The notes beneath the pieces are model-generated. The model did no database searches and was not told the DNA's origin. It was given only the letters and a program-made list of their open reading frames with translations. From an uncultured bacterium (GTDB lineage Bacteria; Babelota; Babeliae; Babelales; Vermiphilaceae), in assembly GCA_963701085.1 (NCBI GenBank), contig OY969561.1, positions 672,001 through 736,000 of the forward strand: 64,000 bases of DNA. The letters run 5' to 3'. Positions within the stretch are counted from its first letter, which is position 1; each line of letters opens with the position of its first letter. The position numbers and the translations under genes were made by a program. Positions 59,479-64,000 of this stretch are shown here, piece by piece.

Positions 59479-59536
59479 TTTATTCCTTCTCAATTACACA
59501 AAATATGCGCACATTATAGCATTTGCACCACAATAG

Positions 59537-59570
59537 AAATAGCGCCAGTTTAACCAAGCGCTATTTTTTT
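59537..59570. terminator. Hairpin/terminator downstream of the methyltransferase gene
   Basis: aaatagcgc...gcgctattt with a T-run. Confidence 0.55.
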
Positions 59571-59606
59571 ACAGGCCAAAAATTTTTATATTAAAGTTGC
59601 ATACAA

Positions 59607-60320
59607 TCACACATTAAGATCATCTAAAAACCATAAAGCTAAATGCTTACCACGTTCAAGTTCAAACGGCACATCTTCTTCAATTAAAGCGAGCGGCCTC
59701 GGAAAATTAAATGGTGCTCGTTCAAGATTAAGAAATCGGCATTCACCAGTATTTGGCATATCAACGTTACTTTGTTTAAGAACATTAGTGGTCACGAGAA
59801 TATATTTTGATCCGCTTTTCTTGAAATTTCTCAGAACGGTAAAAATTTGATCGTAAGTAAGATGAGCGAGCATATCTCGGCAGATAATAAGATCTACTTT
59901 ATCAATTATATTTTCAATAAGATTGAGATGCCTAAATTCTCTCGTTGCCCCAAAAAGCCTTTTATTCCATTCAATTAGTTCCTGAACAATATCAAAGCCA
60001 ATATATCTGCAAGCCCCTATATCCACATGCCTCATCCAATTGAGATCACCGCATGGCGCATCTGCAATGCAAGTAATACCAAATCGTTTAATAAGCGCAC
60101 TGAACTCCTGGCGCATTCTCTGAGTATTTCTTATCTCAGATCCCGGACCAGAAACAGTTTCTCGTGATTCCCAATGATTTGTTTTATAAATATCAGTGAA
60201 AATTTTTTCAACACGATCACAAATCTGTTCGTTTACAAATGCATTATCATTGGATGACACGTAGGAACTTGAACACAAAAGAGTTAAAAAAATCATTGTT
60301 TTTTGGATTTTCATACTCAT
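59607..60320 (-). CDS. Exported class I SAM-dependent methyltransferase-like protein
   Basis: FTDIY..NHW...SGPGS, DAPCGDLNWM, YIGFDIV, DLIICRDMLAHL; N-terminal signal peptide. Confidence 0.85.
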   Translation of the reverse strand: MSMKIQKTMIFLTLLCSSSYVSSNDNAFVNEQICDRVEKIFTDIYKTNHWESRETVSGPGSEIRNTQRMRQEFSALIKRFGITCIADAPCGDLNWMRHVDIGACRYIGFDIVQELIEWNKRLFGATREFRHLNLIENIIDKVDLIICRDMLAHLTYDQIFTVLRNFKKSGSKYILVTTNVLKQSNVDMPNTGECRFLNLERAPFNFPRPLALIEEDVPFELERGKHLALWFLDDLNV

Positions 60321-60372
60321 ACCTTTTTTTATGTGGAATCTTTTTATATACATCGCTGCTCATGTTATAACA

Positions 60373-62268
60373 TTACACTAAAATAGCAATAGCTCCTGGC
60401 TTACCTAACTTTGAAGGCAAACCTGTACGTTCATCAATAATCTTTTCTTGCAAGGATGGATCATAAGAAAATGTTTTTTCAGCAGAATCAATTGCACGAT
60501 TAAAGCCAAGCCAAATAGGAAACGCGGTACGAATAGGATACACATTGTGCCCCATTGGACGATTATCATCAAATCCAACGTAAACGGCAGTTGTTAATGT
60601 TGGCGTTGAACCAATAAACCAGCACGTACGTGAATCATTTGTTGTACCGGTTTTGCTCATCGCCTGAGATTTTATCCAATTCTGTGCTCCATACATTGTT
60701 TTAACACGTTCAGGCCCCAAACAGAGAGCGGCTTTTACTTGACCAACAATACGACTTTCAATAACCCGTTCTGTATCAGCAACTGTTTTATACATACGAG
60801 CACCCCATCTATCTTTTATCCATGATAATGCATGCGGCTCAACATACACACCGTCATTGGCGAACACATTAAACATACCGGCACCTTCACACAATGTTAC
60901 ATCAACACAACCAAGAGCTAATGAAGGATATGCATGAAAATCACTTTTAACGCGACATTTTTTTGCAAGATTAATAATAGGATGAGGCCCAACCTTTAAT
61001 AACGTTTTAATACTGACAATATTGCTTGAATGTGACAATGCATATGCTAACGTAACTTGACCACGAAATTTTTTATCATAATTTTTAGGTGCCCATATTG
61101 TGCCATTTTGCACCAATTCAATCGGCTCATCAATTGCAGTATCAGCGAACGTCATACCACTTTCTATTCCTGCCGTATACACTAATGGTTTTATAATAGA
61201 GCCAATTTGTCTGCGCGCCTGCACAGCCCTATTAAATTTTGATGCTGCAAAATCATAACCACCAACAAGAGCTTTTATTTCTCCCGTTTTACGATCAAGA
61301 ACAATGAGACCACCATCAAGCTCATCGCCCAGTTCTCCACGCAGCTTTACCATTTCTGTTTCAAACGCGTGCTGAGCGGCGATTTGCATTTTTCTATTAA
61401 TTGTTGTTTGAATCTGCAATCCTGCTGAATACAATGCCGTTTTACCAACAATACTTTCCAATGACATACGCAACATCTCTTTTATATGAGGCGCAAACGT
61501 ATCATAATTTCTATCTTTTATTTCAATTGCACGCGACACATAATTTTCATACTCTTGCTCAGTAATAAAACCCAAATACCTCATCTTGCCCAAAATAACA
61601 TCACGCCGCTTTTGCGCAGAAAGTGGATAAACCAACGGACAGTATCGTGCCGGTGAACGAATAATACCTGCCAAGGTACACGCCTGCTCAACGGAAATTT
61701 CATGCGCATGCTGCAACCAAAAACGCTGACTTGCCGCTTCCACACCATAAATACCACACCCAAAACAGACATTATTAAGATATGTATATAAAATTTGTTC
61801 TTTGGTTAATTGTTGTTCAACAAGAATGGCATACAACTGTTCTTTTATTTTTCGCGTAAATGTTTTATGTGAATCAAAAAAAAGTAACTTAACCAACTGC
61901 TGCGTGATAGTACTTGCACCCTGCGCTTTACGTCCATAATAAATATTCACGATAATTGATCGCAGAATTCCCTTCCATGAAATACCTTGATGCGAAAAAA
62001 AATGCCAATCTTCTGCTGCAATAAATGCATTAATAACATGCTGCGGTAACCGTGCTCCATCCACCGGATCACGCCGATCCAACTGAAATCGTCCCCACTC
62101 ATTACCCTCATCATCATAAAGAATTGATGGACGCGCTGAATTATATTGCGCAAGAATAGAAAAATCGATTGTATGATTGTGTATCACAAAAAAAAGGGCC
62201 CCACCACAAAAGGTCCCTACTGCAACGATCAAAATTAAAAAAATATACGTAACACGAAAAATTGTCAT
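60373..62268 (-). CDS. Class A penicillin-binding protein (PBP1A family)
   Basis: AEDWHFFSHQG, GASTITQQL, RKIKE; transpeptidase motifs SIIK, SSN, KTGT. Confidence 0.95.
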   Translation of the reverse strand: MTIFRVTYIFLILIVAVGTFCGGALFFVIHNHTIDFSILAQYNSARPSILYDDEGNEWGRFQLDRRDPVDGARLPQHVINAFIAAEDWHFFSHQGISWKGILRSIIVNIYYGRKAQGASTITQQLVKLLFFDSHKTFTRKIKEQLYAILVEQQLTKEQILYTYLNNVCFGCGIYGVEAASQRFWLQHAHEISVEQACTLAGIIRSPARYCPLVYPLSAQKRRDVILGKMRYLGFITEQEYENYVSRAIEIKDRNYDTFAPHIKEMLRMSLESIVGKTALYSAGLQIQTTINRKMQIAAQHAFETEMVKLRGELGDELDGGLIVLDRKTGEIKALVGGYDFAASKFNRAVQARRQIGSIIKPLVYTAGIESGMTFADTAIDEPIELVQNGTIWAPKNYDKKFRGQVTLAYALSHSSNIVSIKTLLKVGPHPIINLAKKCRVKSDFHAYPSLALGCVDVTLCEGAGMFNVFANDGVYVEPHALSWIKDRWGARMYKTVADTERVIESRIVGQVKAALCLGPERVKTMYGAQNWIKSQAMSKTGTTNDSRTCWFIGSTPTLTTAVYVGFDDNRPMGHNVYPIRTAFPIWLGFNRAIDSAEKTFSYDPSLQEKIIDERTGLPSKLGKPGAIAILV

Positions 62269-62388
62269 GAAACACACACTGTTAATTGCCATAATAAATA
62301 CTATAAAAATATAGGTATATTGTAGCTCAAAATAAACAGGAACTATATACTGATATCCACAAAAATATCCTGAAATCTTATAAAGCAA

Positions 62389-62414
62389 AAGCGGTGGCTT
62401 TTATACCACCGCTT
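62389..62414 (-). terminator. Intrinsic terminator
   Basis: aagcggtgg...ccaccgctt with a T-run on the minus strand. Confidence 0.65.
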
Positions 62415-62451
62415 ATATCACAATAACCTATCAACATTTTCTTATTCAGTA

Positions 62452-62877
62452 CTATTGATTCTTTGGCTCATACTGCTCAATCAATTGTCTCTCATTCCAA
62501 AAAGACTCTTTCTTTGTTGCACGAGGTTTTTCTTCTTCCATTCTTCTTGATTGATATGCTTCAAAACTTTTTTTTTGCTGCGCTTCATATGCCGCTATTT
62601 TCTCTTCTACGGGGGTTATTTCTTGTCCCAATCCTGAGCTCTCTAACGGTTGCGCATGCGATAATGGATTAACAGACTTTTCTTGTTCTTCTGCAAGTCT
62701 ATCCAGATGTTCACTATATGTTTTATACGTCGCACTACTTTTAACTAATCTCACTGCAACCACCGTACCAATAACCGCCGTTGCAACTAGGCCTTCAGAG
62801 CATTGCACTTCAAAATTTATCCCCGACAATGCCACTACTCCGAGCAACATTAACATAAAAAAATTATTCTTCCTCAT
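62452..62877 (-). CDS. Hypothetical exported/membrane-anchored protein
   Basis: Signal peptide, one further hydrophobic segment, charged tail; AAGGA SD. Confidence 0.7.
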   Translation of the reverse strand: MRKNNFFMLMLLGVVALSGINFEVQCSEGLVATAVIGTVVAVRLVKSSATYKTYSEHLDRLAEEQEKSVNPLSHAQPLESSGLGQEITPVEEKIAAYEAQQKKSFEAYQSRRMEEEKPRATKKESFWNERQLIEQYEPKNQ

Positions 62878-62904
62878 AAATTCCTTAACACAAAATTTTA
62901 TTGA

Positions 62905-64000
62905 TCAAAAAATACCAAGCGTTTTTGTCATATCATCACCAGTAGCAAGTTTTTCAAGCCCGTAAAGTGTAATATTTTCTGCTAATGGAAATGTTTCAGT
63001 TCCCGGGTAAACAACCACCAAGTGATCCAGTTTTAAATCTACCAACGCAATCCGCATAGATTTAGTAATTTTTGGTGCGTCAGCATACTTAAATTCAAAT
63101 CCTATTCGCTTATTATTCTTTATAATCAACAGATCTAACTCAGCATCCGCTTGTGTTGCCCAGAAATAGCAATCCAATGCGGTAGCGCCAGAAGCTGCAA
63201 TAATTTCTTCTAACGCAAAGCCTTCCCAAAAAGCTCCTAATCGAGGATTAATATACAACTGATCTTTGGTTGTAAGCTCAATTAACGCGTATAAAATACC
63301 CGTATCTCTGAAATAAATTTTTGGCGATTTAACCTGTCTTTTTTGTATGCTTTCAAACCAAGGAGATAAACTACGTACCATAAACGTACCAGCCAAAATA
63401 TCAAGATATTTACGCACAATATGATCTGATACTCCTAATGACCTACCAATTTCACTCGCATTAAATGTTTGTCCATGATAATGCACAAGCATTAACCAAA
63501 ACCTCCGCATTTGTGGTGCGGGAATATCAAACCCAAGGCTTGGAATATCCCTTTCTAAAAATGTAGAAATATAGCTACGCCGCCATAAATAACTATCAGC
63601 ATCATTCTCCGCTAAATACGAATTAGGAAATCCACCACGCAACCACAAACGTGTGCTATCTTTTACTTCATATAACGTAAATGGTGGTAATTCAATATAG
63701 CCAATACGTCCTGCAAGCGTTTCTGATGATTGATTAATAAGATCTCGCGACGCGCTGCCTAAAATCAAAAACTTTTTTTGTTTAGCCTTTATTTCTTGAT
63801 TATGTGCAAGATTTTGCTCATCCAATGGAATACGTGTTGAATCAACAAGCACTCGCAGCACCGGAAACAACTCTGGTCGTCTTTGAATTTCATCAATAAC
63901 AATCAACTGTTGTGAGACACTTTGCAAAGCAAACATCGGGTTGTCTAAACGTGCTAAATCTAATGGATTTTCCAAATCAAAAAAATACGCGTCGCCCGGA
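62905..64000 (-). CDS. AAA+ ATPase with DUF4143 domain (5' end lies outside the window)
   Basis: IVIDEIQ (Walker B), LGSAS, SETLAGR, RGGFP, KSPKIYFRDTG, ELDL...GFEFK; Walker A not within the window. Confidence 0.9.
   Translation of the reverse strand, partial: PGDAYFFDLENPLDLARLDNPMFALQSVSQQLIVIDEIQRRPELFPVLRVLVDSTRIPLDEQNLAHNQEIKAKQKKFLILGSASRDLINQSSETLAGRIGYIELPPFTLYEVKDSTRLWLRGGFPNSYLAENDADSYLWRRSYISTFLERDIPSLGFDIPAPQMRRFWLMLVHYHGQTFNASEIGRSLGVSDHIVRKYLDILAGTFMVRSLSPWFESIQKRQVKSPKIYFRDTGILYALIELTTKDQLYINPRLGAFWEGFALEEIIAASGATALDCYFWATQADAELDLLIIKNNKRIGFEFKYADAPKITKSMRIALVDLKLDHLVVVYPGTETFPLAENITLYGLEKLATGDDMTKTLGIF

Noticed and set aside
62905-64000. DUF4143 ATPase as a defence system
   Set aside because: Widespread stand-alone family, truncated by the window edge, with no supporting neighbours visible.

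Overview
AT-rich, gene-dense bacterial chromosome segment. The gene content (many signal-peptide-bearing WD40, ankyrin, F-box and SKP1-like proteins among sparse housekeeping genes) best fits an intracellular protist parasite of Candidatus Dependentiae/Babeliota (TM6); this is an inference, as no marker rRNA is present. Housekeeping genes: topA (partial), metG, potABCD, a BamA/TamA-family protein, gltX, rpsU, rbfA, prepilin peptidase, tsaC, a FolC-like protein, atpI-atpB-atpE, cysK, an M50 protease, fadD, ferredoxin, tmk, holB, DciA/DUF721, murG, PBP1A and a DUF4143 ATPase (partial). Most notable observations: (1) a signal peptide-Hint-hydrophobic helix-RNase-like toxin gene with two tandem immunity-like genes; (2) an exported ankyrin-repeat protein ending in a RelE-like domain with no adjacent antitoxin; (3) about 12 exported proteins whose predicted mature chain starts with Met, mostly Met-Glu/Asp, including a tmk duplicate that has gained this leader; (4) an ATP synthase c subunit made of four fused hairpins, one lacking the essential carboxylate; (5) a three-gene Cys-rich envelope operon; (6) a COLGALT-like glycosyltransferase next to a type IV pilin and a frameshifted collagen/BclA-like gene; (7) two families of palindromic repeats that nest inside each other, with one copy in frame in an ORF. 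No rRNA, tRNA, CRISPR array or transposase was recognised. All family assignments come from motif recognition by eye, not database searches.
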